DNA from: a virus
Taxonomy: Duplodnaviria; Caudoviricetes
Virus record (IMG/VR): IMGVR_UViG_3300025759_000132
Coordinates: 1-52,947 of that record
Reading direction: 5' to 3' (one strand)
Length of the DNA stretch: 52,947 bases
In this document: in pieces, positions 7,604 to 16,970 of the stretch
Layout of the letters: every line of letters begins with the position of its first letter
Numbering within the stretch: position 1 is the first letter of the stretch
Notes under the pieces: model-generated
What the model was told of the DNA's origin: nothing
Databases searched by the model: none
The model's input: only the letters and a program-made list of their open reading frames with translations
Translations under genes and position numbers: made by a program

Positions 7604-9016
7604 CTATGTAAATAACTTGTCAAAATCGCGCCGACCAGCCTTTTTGGTCATCCATTTCATCTTCTCTTCCTCATCATGGCGTTCACCGTATGTGGTGTTG
7701 TCCATAACAGGTTTGTCATCCATAATACCATCTTGAGCATCTTGCTCTGTATTATACAGACGCATCTTAGCACGATCAACGCCAATCACAAATCTACGAT
7801 ATTGTGTTGGGTCATTGTAACGATTTTTCAACTGCTTTACCATAATCTGACTACGTGCTTCTAAGTCTTCAGATGATACAAGAGCAATCATGAAGTCTAC
7901 GGTTGCAGGTAGAGCAAATGACTCAGATGTATCTTCAAGACCAGGATCAGAGTTGGAAAACCCAGTACGAGTTGTTTGAGTTGCGCTTACGATAGGAATA
8001 TTTTTTTCAACAGCAAGACCACGAAGTTCTTCAGCAACAGCCTTAATATATGAATAACTGTTTACATTTGCGCCAAACTTTAATCGGCTAGATGTACACA
8101 GATTGATATAATCGATATACACGATATCTGCTTTGAAGTTTTTCTTCTGATACAGTTCACGAATCAGATGGCGGAAATGATTTGACCCGACAGTAGCAGT
8201 AGGATATTCCTTGATGATTAACTTGCCACTCGTCTTCATCTTCAGGCGATTGATCTTATCATCATATAGTTTCTTCGGAAATCCTACGATCTCCTCAAGA
8301 GGTATATTCAGTAGATTCGAATCGATACGTTCAGCGATTCTTTCTTCTGCCATCTCAAGAGTGATATACAAAACGTTCTTACCATCAAGAAGATTTGCTG
8401 CTGCCATATGACACATTGCAAGAGATTTTCCGACACCAGTGCCAGCAAGAATCACGTTGAGAGTCTTCTTCGGTAATCCACCCTTTGTAATCTTATTCAT
8501 ATAATCAAGATCAAAAGGAATCTTATCTTCTTTCTTATTATAAAACTCATATCGCTCTTCAAAGTTTTCTAAGAAATCATGCCCGATATATGAGTCAAAC
8601 GATACAGCAAGTGCATCTGAAAGTAGTTGAGGTATTGAACCAAGATCATTCTTTGACTTACCATCAATGATCTGAATAGAATCCATGATAGCATTGTAGA
8701 CGGCACGATCAGAACAGAACTTCTCAGTATTATCAAGCAACCATTGAGGTTCTTTCTTTTCAAAAAGAATACCATCAACATACTCAACGATATCAGCATA
8801 TACCTTTTCGGGTATATGTGTTCTCTTATCAAGTTCGATAAGTAGAGTTTCTTTGGTCGGTAGATTATTATATTTGTTTAGAAACTCTTGAATTTCGGTA
8901 AACAGATACTTTTCTGTCTGATCTTCAAAATACTCAGTCTTTAGAAACGGAATTACTTGTCTTGTGTAATCCTCGTTGTAGATCAGATTTGTCAGTATCG
9001 TTTGTTCGATTCTCAT
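7604..9016 (-). CDS. gp41: Replicative DNA helicase (T4 gp41-like, DnaB family)
   Basis: Walker A AGTGVGKS, YITLEMAEE, IDYIN, SATQTTR, KQLKNRY. Confidence 0.96.
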   Translation of the reverse strand: MRIEQTILTNLIYNEDYTRQVIPFLKTEYFEDQTEKYLFTEIQEFLNKYNNLPTKETLLIELDKRTHIPEKVYADIVEYVDGILFEKKEPQWLLDNTEKFCSDRAVYNAIMDSIQIIDGKSKNDLGSIPQLLSDALAVSFDSYIGHDFLENFEERYEFYNKKEDKIPFDLDYMNKITKGGLPKKTLNVILAGTGVGKSLAMCHMAAANLLDGKNVLYITLEMAEERIAERIDSNLLNIPLEEIVGFPKKLYDDKINRLKMKTSGKLIIKEYPTATVGSNHFRHLIRELYQKKNFKADIVYIDYINLCTSSRLKFGANVNSYSYIKAVAEELRGLAVEKNIPIVSATQTTRTGFSNSDPGLEDTSESFALPATVDFMIALVSSEDLEARSQIMVKQLKNRYNDPTQYRRFVIGVDRAKMRLYNTEQDAQDGIMDDKPVMDNTTYGERHDEEEKMKWMTKKAGRRDFDKLFT

Positions 9017-9296
9017 TATAGTCAGCAGCCTCCGTAATCAATTCAGTAAGAATGTCGCCAAGAGTATTTTCAAAATCTTTTTGATCTTGTTCAGATAAAT
9101 TATCAGTATCTAATCCACCAGGAGTTTCTACAATATCATAATCAAATTGTAGAATAGCATCATCGCCATCGTCTTCAAGAAAACGAACAGCGCCATACTT
9201 ATAGATTATATCTTTAAACTTACCTTTTGTCAATCTAATTTTGGCAACTTCACTAGTATTACCTTCATCGAATAGAACTTCATACATCTTGTTCAT
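8934..9296 (-). CDS. Conserved hypothetical protein between uvsX and gp41
   Basis: Acidic ORF overlapping both neighbours; start trimmed to MNKMYEV; occupies the position of T4 gp40 but homology not evident. Confidence 0.6.
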   Translation of the reverse strand: MNKMYEVLFDEGNTSEVAKIRLTKGKFKDIIYKYGAVRFLEDDGDDAILQFDYDIVETPGGLDTDNLSEQDQKDFENTLGDILTELITEAADYNENRTNDTDKSDLQRGLHKTSNSVSKD

Positions 9297-10326
9297 CCTG
9301 TAAGATTGAACCATTTGCCATACTATACTTTTGATGGATATGATCTTGAAGGTTTGTTTTTTCAAACATCATCATCCAGAAATCTTTATTGTCTATGATC
9401 TCTTTTGCTCTATACATTTTTTCAGATAGAACTTCACCAGTTTCTGGATCAACTGCTTCATACCAACCCATTTTAGGTTTACGAACATATCCACCCTGTT
9501 CTGCTACATCAAGTAGACCAGACCATTTACTGATACCACCTTCAAATGTGACAGTGATTGGAATCTTGGACTTCTCACGAACATGGCGAGACTTTTCAAT
9601 ATTGATTACGAAGTGATAACCTTTAATCTCTTGCCCGTCTTTTTCTTGTTGACGACCAACGATCCAAATAGCATCACTGGAATAATATGCGCCTGTACCA
9701 CCAGACACAATATCTTTTGGAAACATACCAATCTCTTTATATGTATGATTGACAACAACCATAGGAATGTCCTTGAGATTGAGATGTGGTGTTACGATAC
9801 GGAACAGAGACTTCATCTGTTTCGCACGAGACATATCAGCGACCGATTTCTCATTCAAAGCATCTTCAACTTCTTTCTTTGAAGCAAGATTACCAACAGA
9901 GTCGATAACGATACAAACGTGGTCGCCTTTCTCAAGTTCTTTTAACTGATTAGTGATATCAAACTTGAGTTCTTCAATATCAGTAATCGGTGTATGAATA
10001 ACACGTTCCATATCGATGCCAAATGACTCGAAGTATTCTTGAGGAGTACCGAACTCAGAGTCATAGAACAGAATTACAGCATCTTCATATTTCTTTTGAT
10101 AGGCTGCTGCCATGAGTAGAGCAAATGCTGACTTGAAATGTTTTGATGGACCAGCAAGCATAAGCATTCCTGGAACTAATCCACCATCAATGCGACCAGA
10201 CAATGCCACATTAATCATTGGCACAGGAGTTGGTGCCATATCTTTTTTACCGAACACTTTTGATTCAGTAATCACATCGGTCATTTTAATTGTAGAATTC
10301 TTTTTCAATTTCTCAAGTACAGACAT
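9280..10326 (-). CDS. uvsX: RecA-like recombinase UvsX
   Basis: AGPSKHFKS, FYDSEFG, IDSVGNLASKKE, VSGGTG. Confidence 0.96.
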   Translation of the reverse strand: MSVLEKLKKNSTIKMTDVITESKVFGKKDMAPTPVPMINVALSGRIDGGLVPGMLMLAGPSKHFKSAFALLMAAAYQKKYEDAVILFYDSEFGTPQEYFESFGIDMERVIHTPITDIEELKFDITNQLKELEKGDHVCIVIDSVGNLASKKEVEDALNEKSVADMSRAKQMKSLFRIVTPHLNLKDIPMVVVNHTYKEIGMFPKDIVSGGTGAYYSSDAIWIVGRQQEKDGQEIKGYHFVINIEKSRHVREKSKIPITVTFEGGISKWSGLLDVAEQGGYVRKPKMGWYEAVDPETGEVLSEKMYRAKEIIDNKDFWMMMFEKTNLQDHIHQKYSMANGSILQDEQDV

Positions 10327-10339
10327 ATATTCACCTCAG

Positions 10340-10510
10340 TTAAAAAATAAAAGCAATACCAATATACAAAGACACAATGAATATCATCATTGTTATTTTT
10401 GATCTTTTAATCATACCAACAATCCAAAATAAACCATATATAAAAATTGGTATACAGAAGATAAGTATAATACCGAGAACAGACCCGATAATTGTATGAA
10501 TATCTAACAT
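10340..10510 (-). CDS. Small membrane protein (56 aa)
   Basis: Own translation MLDIHTIIGSVLGIILIFCIPIFIYGLFWIVG..; two hydrophobic stretches; directly behind a promoter. Confidence 0.55.
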   Translation of the reverse strand: MLDIHTIIGSVLGIILIFCIPIFIYGLFWIVGMIKRSKITMMIFIVSLYIGIAFIF

Positions 10511-10517
10511 AGAAATT

Positions 10518-10546
10518 ATTATACTTCAAATCCATTCAAATGTAAA
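10518..10546 (-). promoter_or_regulatory. Sigma70-type promoter for the uvsX/gp41 unit
   Basis: TTTACA-17 nt-TATAAT. Confidence 0.7.
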
Positions 10547-10553
10547 TAGATTT

Positions 10554-11480
10554 TTACGTATTTTTCCTATAACGACGACCTTCTGGACCGCCGCTGTTTT
10601 TTAGTTTATCGATGATCTCAACAGTATTTTCTGGCTGTTGAACTATCTCATCTGGAATCTCAAATGTAAATTCTTCTTTCTCTTCTACAAAAACATCGTT
10701 CCAGTTATCATCGACGTTGACTGCTTTCTGTAAAGGTTTTGGTTTATGTAGTCCGATATTAGCGGCAATAAGAAGGAGCACGGCAAGAGGATCAAATACG
10801 AACACGATGGTAATAATTACCCATCTCACCGCATCTTCTAAAATTGTTTTTGGATCATCTACGAACAGAGCAGCGATATATTTAATTGGCCCAACTTCCG
10901 CTTCAAATGCTAGTTGGATTTTTTCCAATCTAACTTTTTCCATTCTGAATTTGGATATATTCTCTGATGATGTATCAATGATTCCTCGTAGTTCATCTCG
11001 TTCAACTTTTTGCGACTTTCGTACGGCAATTGCTCCATCTTCTCCACGGATACGGTCATACTCTGTAAGCGTTTGGACCGCCGTATCGAGTTGCGAGATA
11101 ACTTTGTTGGCATCATCTATTACCCTTTGTTCTCTTTGAATACGAGATTCGATAATTGAAATTTCCAAGGAGTTGTCGCCTGTGACAACCATTTGATCGA
11201 TATGTGCCTTTGATAAGAATCCATAGATTCCCATCGATGTAATGAACATCAATACAATAACTGATGCTGTAAGATAACCACTAAGTATTTTGGGTGCTGT
11301 TCGCCAGTTACGATATAACCAAGATGCGGTAACAAGTTTTCCTATTTCAAGAACACCACCCATAATAGCAATCGATACTGCTGCTGCAGAAAAGATTGCC
11401 ATCAATCCAACGATGCTGTACCAAGCAGCAACACCAGATATTGCAAGAGCAACTATAAGAGTAAGAATCGAAAAGAACAT
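10554..11480 (-). CDS. Membrane protein with coiled coil
   Basis: N-terminal TM helices, central coiled coil, further TM segment (IVFVFDPLAVLLL). Confidence 0.7.
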   Translation of the reverse strand: MFFSILTLIVALAISGVAAWYSIVGLMAIFSAAAVSIAIMGGVLEIGKLVTASWLYRNWRTAPKILSGYLTASVIVLMFITSMGIYGFLSKAHIDQMVVTGDNSLEISIIESRIQREQRVIDDANKVISQLDTAVQTLTEYDRIRGEDGAIAVRKSQKVERDELRGIIDTSSENISKFRMEKVRLEKIQLAFEAEVGPIKYIAALFVDDPKTILEDAVRWVIITIVFVFDPLAVLLLIAANIGLHKPKPLQKAVNVDDNWNDVFVEEKEEFTFEIPDEIVQQPENTVEIIDKLKNSGGPEGRRYRKNT

Positions 11481-11482
11481 TG

Positions 11483-11881
11483 TTATGCTCGTGTGATAGC
11501 CAAAACTTTATCAATCGTTGACTGCACTTGTGTTTGACGGTTTGGCCAATAGATATATTCTTTCTCAGCCGTCTTCAATAAGTTTACAAGCAATGGCATA
11601 ACAAGTTTTTCTAACTCAGTTACTTTACCGCGCACCTCTTCTTGTGCTTGTGCGATAGCATATTGAACGTCATCAGATTCCTCGACTTGTTTTCTTTGTA
11701 AAACTAAATCGAGTTTGTCTTCGAGTGGAACAAGAGCGTTAAGTACAACTCTTGTTAGATCGTTTTCGTCGATAGCAGGTGGTGTGCTTTCAGCAGTATC
11801 TTGATTCGCAAGAAATGTTGCTTCATCTACAGCACTAAATCCGTAATCTATCGATGCGTATTCTGCAGGTATCTCAGCCAA
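11483..11881 (-). CDS. Conserved hypothetical protein
   Basis: 132 aa, DYGFSAVDE and YIYWPNR motifs; overlaps gp43 stop. Confidence 0.7.
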   Translation of the reverse strand: MAEIPAEYASIDYGFSAVDEATFLANQDTAESTPPAIDENDLTRVVLNALVPLEDKLDLVLQRKQVEESDDVQYAIAQAQEEVRGKVTELEKLVMPLLVNLLKTAEKEYIYWPNRQTQVQSTIDKVLAITRA

Positions 11882-14375
11882 AGAAGGACTCCAATGTATT
11901 CTGTTTCTCTACGTTCCAACCAATCGCCTCAAGAATATTTTTCATCGGTTCAACATATGATTTATCGAACTGCATATCGTAATCTATATATCTTTTCAAA
12001 TCCAACTCAGGAGGTAAAATATCAGGAAACGCAAAAACATTTTCCTTGATTGGATTTGGCATTTTCAAATAGGAGAACTTGATCTTATCACCGTCTCCTA
12101 TCTGGCGATATCTTTCTAGTTTATTATTTATTATAGTTTGATTATAAAGAATCGATGCTCGGACGTGAATCGGTGTACCCTTAGCATATCCACCATCTTC
12201 AGCGTATTTTGATATATCAGAAACACCACGAGGAAATGCAACGTCTTCAGGTGGTAAATTGCAAAACGCATTCCGAGCATCGGCAATAAACTTTTGAACT
12301 GCTGCTTCGTCTTGATTGATAATCACATCAAGTGTTTTCTCAATCAACTTACGACAAACCTGTGGAGTAGATGAACGAACCGACTCGATGCCAGTAATCT
12401 TCATCTTTGGCTTTGCGTACTGAACACCTTCACTGTTGAGCACATTCGCAATGTATCGTTTCTTACCAGTGATAATCATTTTACTGGCAATAATCTCTCG
12501 CTTCATAAACATACGCTGTTCAAACGCATTTGTATACTTACGCAGTTCTTCATATGATTTTTCAAGCAACGGTTCAATCTTTGTTGCTGCGACTTTATCT
12601 AAGAAAGAACATATCTTGTTGTTATCACCATCAACGACTTTTTTTACAAACGGTCCAAGATTAACATAGATACTGTCGGTATCAATCATCAGAATGTAGT
12701 CGTCTTTTGTTTTCATAAGATTTTGAATATATTGATTGACTGTTCGTTCCGCCCAGCGAATAGAGAGTTGACCAGATATCGTAATGGCTTCAGCAATACG
12801 AATATCATAGTAGCGGAAGTGTTTATTTGACAGTGCACCGTAAAGAGAGTTCATAAGAATCTTGATTGCCATCTGTTCGTTATCAGCCTGAACGATTTGT
12901 TTCTCTAACTGATACTTAGCAAACTTATCTGACTTATCGCTATCTTCAAGTTGCTGTTTTAACGCCAGCATATTTTTCTTTGTCTTGGCACGACCAGCAT
13001 ACATCTCATGAACGATGCGTGGAAACAATCCTTGTTTCTGATTTGAGAACACTTGACCAGTTGGAGTTACACAACAACCATTCGGGATATCTAGTTTAGA
13101 TTTTCTAAGCATGCTATCAACATTTGCACCAGGGACAACATGATTGACGATTGTCTCAGGCGACATATTATATTGCATAATCAAATGAGGATACAGAGAG
13201 TTGAGGTCAAACGAAACAACCCAGTCATTCATGCCCTTCTTAGGTTCTTTTACATATGCGCCTTCAATGCTTCTATCATTCACAACAGGTTTCTGTGGTG
13301 TAAGAACGATATTATCTTTGACAAGAAGATTGTAGATAAACGTATCCCAAATCTGTGTTGAACCGAATGCTACCTCATAGTTAACATTTGCTTTATGCGC
13401 CAGAGTCATACAAAGAGAAATCAAACCCAACTTATCGTCTAGACGTTCAACGAGTTGTGTATCTTTGATATTGTAGTCAATAAACTTCTGGTGATCTTTT
13501 TCATACAAGTCAAACAGAGAAGAATATTCAGAGTAGTCGAGTTTCTTCTCACCAAGAATCACATTCGCAATATGATTCAATGAATATGACTCTTGACTTA
13601 CATACGTAAACTTCTTGAACAATCGCATGTAATCGAGATGAGACATACCAGCAATCTCAAAAAAGATTTGATTGGTATACTTATCTGTTCTCATACTTGG
13701 TGTAAGACGATGAATAGAAAAACGTTTCGTATCTTCTTCGCCGAATAATCTTGTAACACGATTGATTAGATATGGAATATCGAATCCTTCAGAGTTCCAA
13801 CCTGTAATGATATCAGGATAGTTCTTCTGCCAGTATGTAAGAAACTTATGTAGCAGATTATGCTCGTCTTTACACTGAACGTAATCTACCTTGATATCAT
13901 CTACAATACACTTAGACGAATCATATTCGCCTGTACCCCAAGTATGATAAATATCGTCTACATTATTCTTGAGTGTGATTGCTGTGACAGGATAATGTGC
14001 GTCTTCAGGTTTTGGGAATCCCTGATCAGATTGAACTTCGATATCAATGAATGTAACATTGAGTGCATCACGATCAAACTCACACCCATTCGGAAACATC
14101 TGATTGATAAACTGTGCTACGTAGTTCGTGTTGCCATACACCTGAAAGTTATCAGCCTTGTTACGTTCGATATATTTTTTACATTCAGACATCGTGCCAG
14201 GATTTACTGGCGACATGTTGAGACCATCCAGAGTTTTGTATGGTGACTCCTCGCGCACGGGCACGAACAGAGTTGGTTCGAACTTATTTGATGTTACGAC
14301 ACGTCTACCGTTCTCATATCCAACATAGAGGATAGAGTTACCATAACGCATTACGTTTGTATAAAATGAAGTCAT
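11874..14375 (-). CDS. gp43: Family B DNA polymerase (T4 gp43-like)
   Basis: DIEV exonuclease motif, SFDLNSLYP, KILMNSLYG, IDTDSIY, KKRY. Confidence 0.97.
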   Translation of the reverse strand: MTSFYTNVMRYGNSILYVGYENGRRVVTSNKFEPTLFVPVREESPYKTLDGLNMSPVNPGTMSECKKYIERNKADNFQVYGNTNYVAQFINQMFPNGCEFDRDALNVTFIDIEVQSDQGFPKPEDAHYPVTAITLKNNVDDIYHTWGTGEYDSSKCIVDDIKVDYVQCKDEHNLLHKFLTYWQKNYPDIITGWNSEGFDIPYLINRVTRLFGEEDTKRFSIHRLTPSMRTDKYTNQIFFEIAGMSHLDYMRLFKKFTYVSQESYSLNHIANVILGEKKLDYSEYSSLFDLYEKDHQKFIDYNIKDTQLVERLDDKLGLISLCMTLAHKANVNYEVAFGSTQIWDTFIYNLLVKDNIVLTPQKPVVNDRSIEGAYVKEPKKGMNDWVVSFDLNSLYPHLIMQYNMSPETIVNHVVPGANVDSMLRKSKLDIPNGCCVTPTGQVFSNQKQGLFPRIVHEMYAGRAKTKKNMLALKQQLEDSDKSDKFAKYQLEKQIVQADNEQMAIKILMNSLYGALSNKHFRYYDIRIAEAITISGQLSIRWAERTVNQYIQNLMKTKDDYILMIDTDSIYVNLGPFVKKVVDGDNNKICSFLDKVAATKIEPLLEKSYEELRKYTNAFEQRMFMKREIIASKMIITGKKRYIANVLNSEGVQYAKPKMKITGIESVRSSTPQVCRKLIEKTLDVIINQDEAAVQKFIADARNAFCNLPPEDVAFPRGVSDISKYAEDGGYAKGTPIHVRASILYNQTIINNKLERYRQIGDGDKIKFSYLKMPNPIKENVFAFPDILPPELDLKRYIDYDMQFDKSYVEPMKNILEAIGWNVEKQNTLESFFG

Positions 14376-14380
14376 ACTGT

Positions 14381-14409
14381 ATTATATATTCGCCAATGAT
14401 AAAAGTCAA
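14381..14409 (-). promoter_or_regulatory. Sigma70-type promoter of gp43 (probably leaderless transcript)
   Basis: TTGACT-17 nt-TATAAT, 5 nt before the ATG, no SD. Confidence 0.75.
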
Positions 14410-14412
14410 TAG

Positions 14413-14440
14413 AAAAAAAGGGGAGACCGAAGTCTCCCCT
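14413..14440 (-). terminator. Rho-independent terminator after hsp20
   Basis: GGGGAGAC-TTCG-GTCTCCCC followed by T7. Confidence 0.9.
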
Positions 14441-14451
14441 CTCAAGTTTAC

Positions 14452-14931
14452 CTACTCGGTTAGGAGTTGGGGTTCTTTGTGGTCAATGAGTGTACCTCCG
14501 GTCGTAACCTCAATTTTCTTAGGCTTCTTGTGATCGGGGACGACGTTCTTGAGTGCGATTGTGAGCATGCCGTGTTCGAGGTTTGCCCCAGCGATTTCAA
14601 TAGTGTCCGCAAGGGTGAACTCTCTTTTGAACGAGCGGTTAGCAATTCCTTTATGAAGGATTTTCCTATCATCTGTTTCCTGTTCGATGTTACCTACTAC
14701 TGTGAGTTTTCCATCTTCTAGTGTCAGGTCAAGATCCTTTTCAGTGAACCCAGCCACAGCCATTTCAACCGTGTAATGTTCATCATCAATCTTACAGATA
14801 TTATAGGGTGGGTAATTTGTTACTGGCGTTTCAGCCATACGATGAAGATCATCAATATGCCTCCATAGACGATCTGCGCCTACAAAGAATGGATCAAATT
14901 TACGGATGTCGGATGTATTAAAAGTAACCAT
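14452..14931 (-). CDS. hsp20: Small heat shock protein (Hsp20/IbpA family)
   Basis: NYPPYNI, AVAGF, LHKGIANRSFKREFTL, GMLTI. Confidence 0.95.
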   Translation of the reverse strand: MVTFNTSDIRKFDPFFVGADRLWRHIDDLHRMAETPVTNYPPYNICKIDDEHYTVEMAVAGFTEKDLDLTLEDGKLTVVGNIEQETDDRKILHKGIANRSFKREFTLADTIEIAGANLEHGMLTIALKNVVPDHKKPKKIEVTTGGTLIDHKEPQLLTE

Positions 14932-14990
14932 TGTTAACTCCTTTAAAGCAAGTTAAGATTTTAAAGAGAACCCATTATGGCATTCTCATT
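14932..14990 (-). promoter_or_regulatory. ROSE-like RNA thermometer in hsp20 5' UTR
   Basis: UUAAC-UUGCU-uuaa-AGGA-GUUAA hairpin pairs UUGCU with the SD; second hairpin upstream. Confidence 0.6.
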
Positions 14991-14992
14991 TT

Positions 14993-15000
14993 TATTTATA
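14993..15000 (-). promoter_or_regulatory. Late promoter TATAAATA (hsp20)
   Basis: Exact motif. Confidence 0.75.
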
Positions 15001-15022
15001 ATCCTTACATCATTTTCAATAG

Positions 15023-15081
15023 AAAAAAATGGGGCAGGGAAAGGAGATGTAAGGAGAATGATGAAAACCCTGCCCCATTTT
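15023..15081 (-). terminator. Terminator hairpin with 14-bp stem and 28-nt pyrimidine-rich loop
   Basis: AAAATGGGGCAGGG / CCCTGCCCCATTTT plus T run directly after the HTH gene stop. Confidence 0.7.
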
Positions 15082-15084
15082 ATC

Positions 15085-15342
15085 TTAGGCGGCTGCTAGA
15101 GCACGATAACCAGCAGCAACCACAGCACGAGAGGGACTACCGAGACGATAGAAGTTTCGAGTCTCACCCTTGCTGTTCGTCGAAGGATTAGTATAGATTG
15201 CATAACCCTGCATACGAAGAGCAGATACGGTCGCACGAGCATTACCAACGCCAAAACGAGCCTGAATCTGCTTACTAGTTAGTTCCTCGCCATTCTTAAA
15301 GGCTTCGAGGAGTCGTTCAGTCTTAGTCATAGTATATTTCAC
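15085..15342 (-). CDS. Small winged helix-turn-helix DNA-binding protein
   Basis: LTSKQIQARFGVGNARATVSALRMQGY..YRLG. Confidence 0.75.
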   Translation of the reverse strand: MKYTMTKTERLLEAFKNGEELTSKQIQARFGVGNARATVSALRMQGYAIYTNPSTNSKGETRNFYRLGSPSRAVVAAGYRALAAA

Positions 15343-15389
15343 CTTAGTTGTTTAAACATTGAACCTTTTGAAATCATGTTCAGGATATC

Positions 15390-15465
15390 TGGTGCCGAAA
15401 GAAGGACTTGAACCCTCAACCTATCGATTACAAATCGATTGCTCTACCAATTGAGCTATTTCGGC
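15390..15465 (-). tRNA. tRNA-Thr(UGU)
   Basis: GCCGAAATAGCTCAATTGGTAGAGC..TTTGTAA..GGTTCAAGTCC..CGGCACCA cloverleaf with encoded CCA. Confidence 0.95.
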
Positions 15466-15471
15466 ATAAAT

Positions 15472-15546
15472 TGGCTCCTCAGGATGGATTCGAACCACCG
15501 ACCGGACGGTTAACAGCCGTCAGCTCTACCGCTGAGCTACTGAGGA
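15472..15546 (-). tRNA. tRNA-Asn(GUU)
   Basis: TCCTCAGTAGCTCAGCGGTAGAGC..CTGTTAA..GGTTCGAATCC..GAGGAGCCA. Confidence 0.95.
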
Positions 15547-15585
15547 TTAAACTCGTTAACAAAACTCTTTAATCACTATATTTAC

Positions 15586-15614
15586 ATTCTAACCTATTTT
15601 GATAAAAAAGTCAA
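15586..15614 (-). promoter_or_regulatory. Sigma70-type promoter of the tRNA pair
   Basis: TTGACT-17 nt-TAGAAT. Confidence 0.75.
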
Positions 15615-15632
15615 GTGTTTTTTTAAGTTTGT

Positions 15633-15758
15633 TTATTTTTCCTTTAACTTCTCAAACAACGAAATAGGCATAACACTAAGACCAAAGTCTTTTCGAGACT
15701 TGACGTACTCCTTGTACGTCTCGTACTCTCGGGCTTCTTTTAGATCAGTCCATTTCAT
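15633..15758 (-). CDS. Small early protein (41 aa)
   Basis: Own translation MKWTDLKEAREYETYKEYVKSRKDFGLSVMPISLFEKLKEK; AAGGAG SD and dedicated promoter. Confidence 0.65.
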   Translation of the reverse strand: MKWTDLKEAREYETYKEYVKSRKDFGLSVMPISLFEKLKEK

Positions 15759-15769
15759 TATTCAATCTC

Positions 15770-15819
15770 CTTATTTCTCATCATATATAGATTATAACCT
15801 ACAATGAGAAATAAGTCAA
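15770..15819 (-). promoter_or_regulatory. Early promoter with overlapping 12-bp inverted repeat
   Basis: TTGACT-17 nt-TATAAT; CTTATTTCTCAT / ATGAGAAATAAG inverted repeat reaches the SD. Confidence 0.75.
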
Positions 15820-15868
15820 CTGTTTTTTTTTAAAAAAATGAAAAAAAGATTTGTTTGAAATCAATAGG

Positions 15869-16279
15869 TTAGGAGATCGGTGTTCTTTTTTTACCGATAT
15901 TGTATTTGGCAACCAGTTCCCACTCGTCTTTTTCCTTGAAGGGAAGCACCTTAATCTGACTGATAGGTGATACTGGATTGCTAGTCTGTTCTTTATTGAG
16001 AATCTCAACGAGATCCCATTCAGCTAACAGATTTGTAATGGTATTGCGCCTTGCAACATCTGTATCAGACATGTTAGATGGTTTACCATCTAATGCGAAG
16101 AGTTCTTTGAAATGGACAATATAGTAACGACCTTGTTTGTGAAGGATGTGGCACGATTGATAGAGAGTGTGTTCTTTTTTGGATGCTACACCGATACGTG
16201 TTAAGGTTTCTCGTACTTTGAGGAAGTCATCATCTTGCTTTAACCTTACTTCCACTAATGTATTAATATCAAAACTCAT
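15869..16279 (-). CDS. regA: Translational repressor RegA
   Basis: DDFLKVRETLTRIGVAS, LYQSCHILHKQGRYYIVHFKELFALDG. Confidence 0.96.
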   Translation of the reverse strand: MSFDINTLVEVRLKQDDDFLKVRETLTRIGVASKKEHTLYQSCHILHKQGRYYIVHFKELFALDGKPSNMSDTDVARRNTITNLLAEWDLVEILNKEQTSNPVSPISQIKVLPFKEKDEWELVAKYNIGKKRTPIS

Positions 16280-16665
16280 TTTCTTCCACCTTTTTCTATT
16301 CTGCTTTTTATTGTTTTCAAGTCTTCTTCAGACAGAATATTCATGACCATATTTGCTTTTTCATAACTATAATCAAAATATTGTACGACTGCCTCCAGGT
16401 CATCGGAATGCTCGGTCTTAGACCACTTGGTAAATCTCTTTCGTGGTCTAATAATATTTATAAAAAAATCAAACTGAAGACGATTATCCAAATGAGCATA
16501 TTGGTTCATCACGTTCGCTGCTTGAACCGTATCCTGGAAGTATGAGAACTGCCGATTAGTGATATATGGATTGTATCCTTTCTCAGCTAGTTCATCATTA
16601 TCAGTCCCTGACATAATATTCTTGCCAGAGTTTATCGCATTTACATAATCAAAAATATTTGACAT
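16276..16665 (-). CDS. gp62: Clamp loader small subunit
   Basis: YNPYITNRQFS, QFDFFINIIRPRKRF; position before regA. Confidence 0.9.
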   Translation of the reverse strand: MSNIFDYVNAINSGKNIMSGTDNDELAEKGYNPYITNRQFSYFQDTVQAANVMNQYAHLDNRLQFDFFINIIRPRKRFTKWSKTEHSDDLEAVVQYFDYSYEKANMVMNILSEEDLKTIKSRIEKGGRK

Positions 16666-16961
16666 TATTCGTCTTCAGATTTTTTTTGTTGTGGTGGAAG
16701 TTTTCCATACACATGAACATAGAAATCGTTATTCCATTGAGCAACCATGTTTCTTAGTTCAATGTATCTTTTCTTTAAATCAACGTGATTGTCTTGTAAC
16801 TCTTTATGGTCTTGACGAAACATTGCAAGGTTTTTCTGCATGTTTTTTAATGAGTTGATTGCAGCATCAACAAACATGAGTTCATCATCCCAGTTACCTG
16901 TATTGTGACCAAGTTCTTTAGTCACAAAATCTTTTAGTTTATCCATTGGTTCTTCAGACAT
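16665..16961 (-). CDS. Hypothetical coiled-coil protein
   Basis: 98 aa, GGAG SD, stop coupled to gp62 start. Confidence 0.6.
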   Translation of the reverse strand: MSEEPMDKLKDFVTKELGHNTGNWDDELMFVDAAINSLKNMQKNLAMFRQDHKELQDNHVDLKKRYIELRNMVAQWNNDFYVHVYGKLPPQQKKSEDE

Positions 16962-16970
16962 ATTATTCTC

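Noticed and set aside
8934-9296. Naming this gene gp40
   Set aside because: Only positional similarity; no recognisable sequence match
15058-15099. Plus-strand 13-aa ORF MMKTLPHFILGGC behind AAGGAG
   Set aside because: No plus-strand promoter seen; better explained as the complement of the anti-SD loop
16455-16462. TATAAATA inside gp62 (also 20683-20690 inside the DUF3310-like gene)
   Set aside because: Within coding sequence of an AT-rich genome; could be real but cannot be told from chance here
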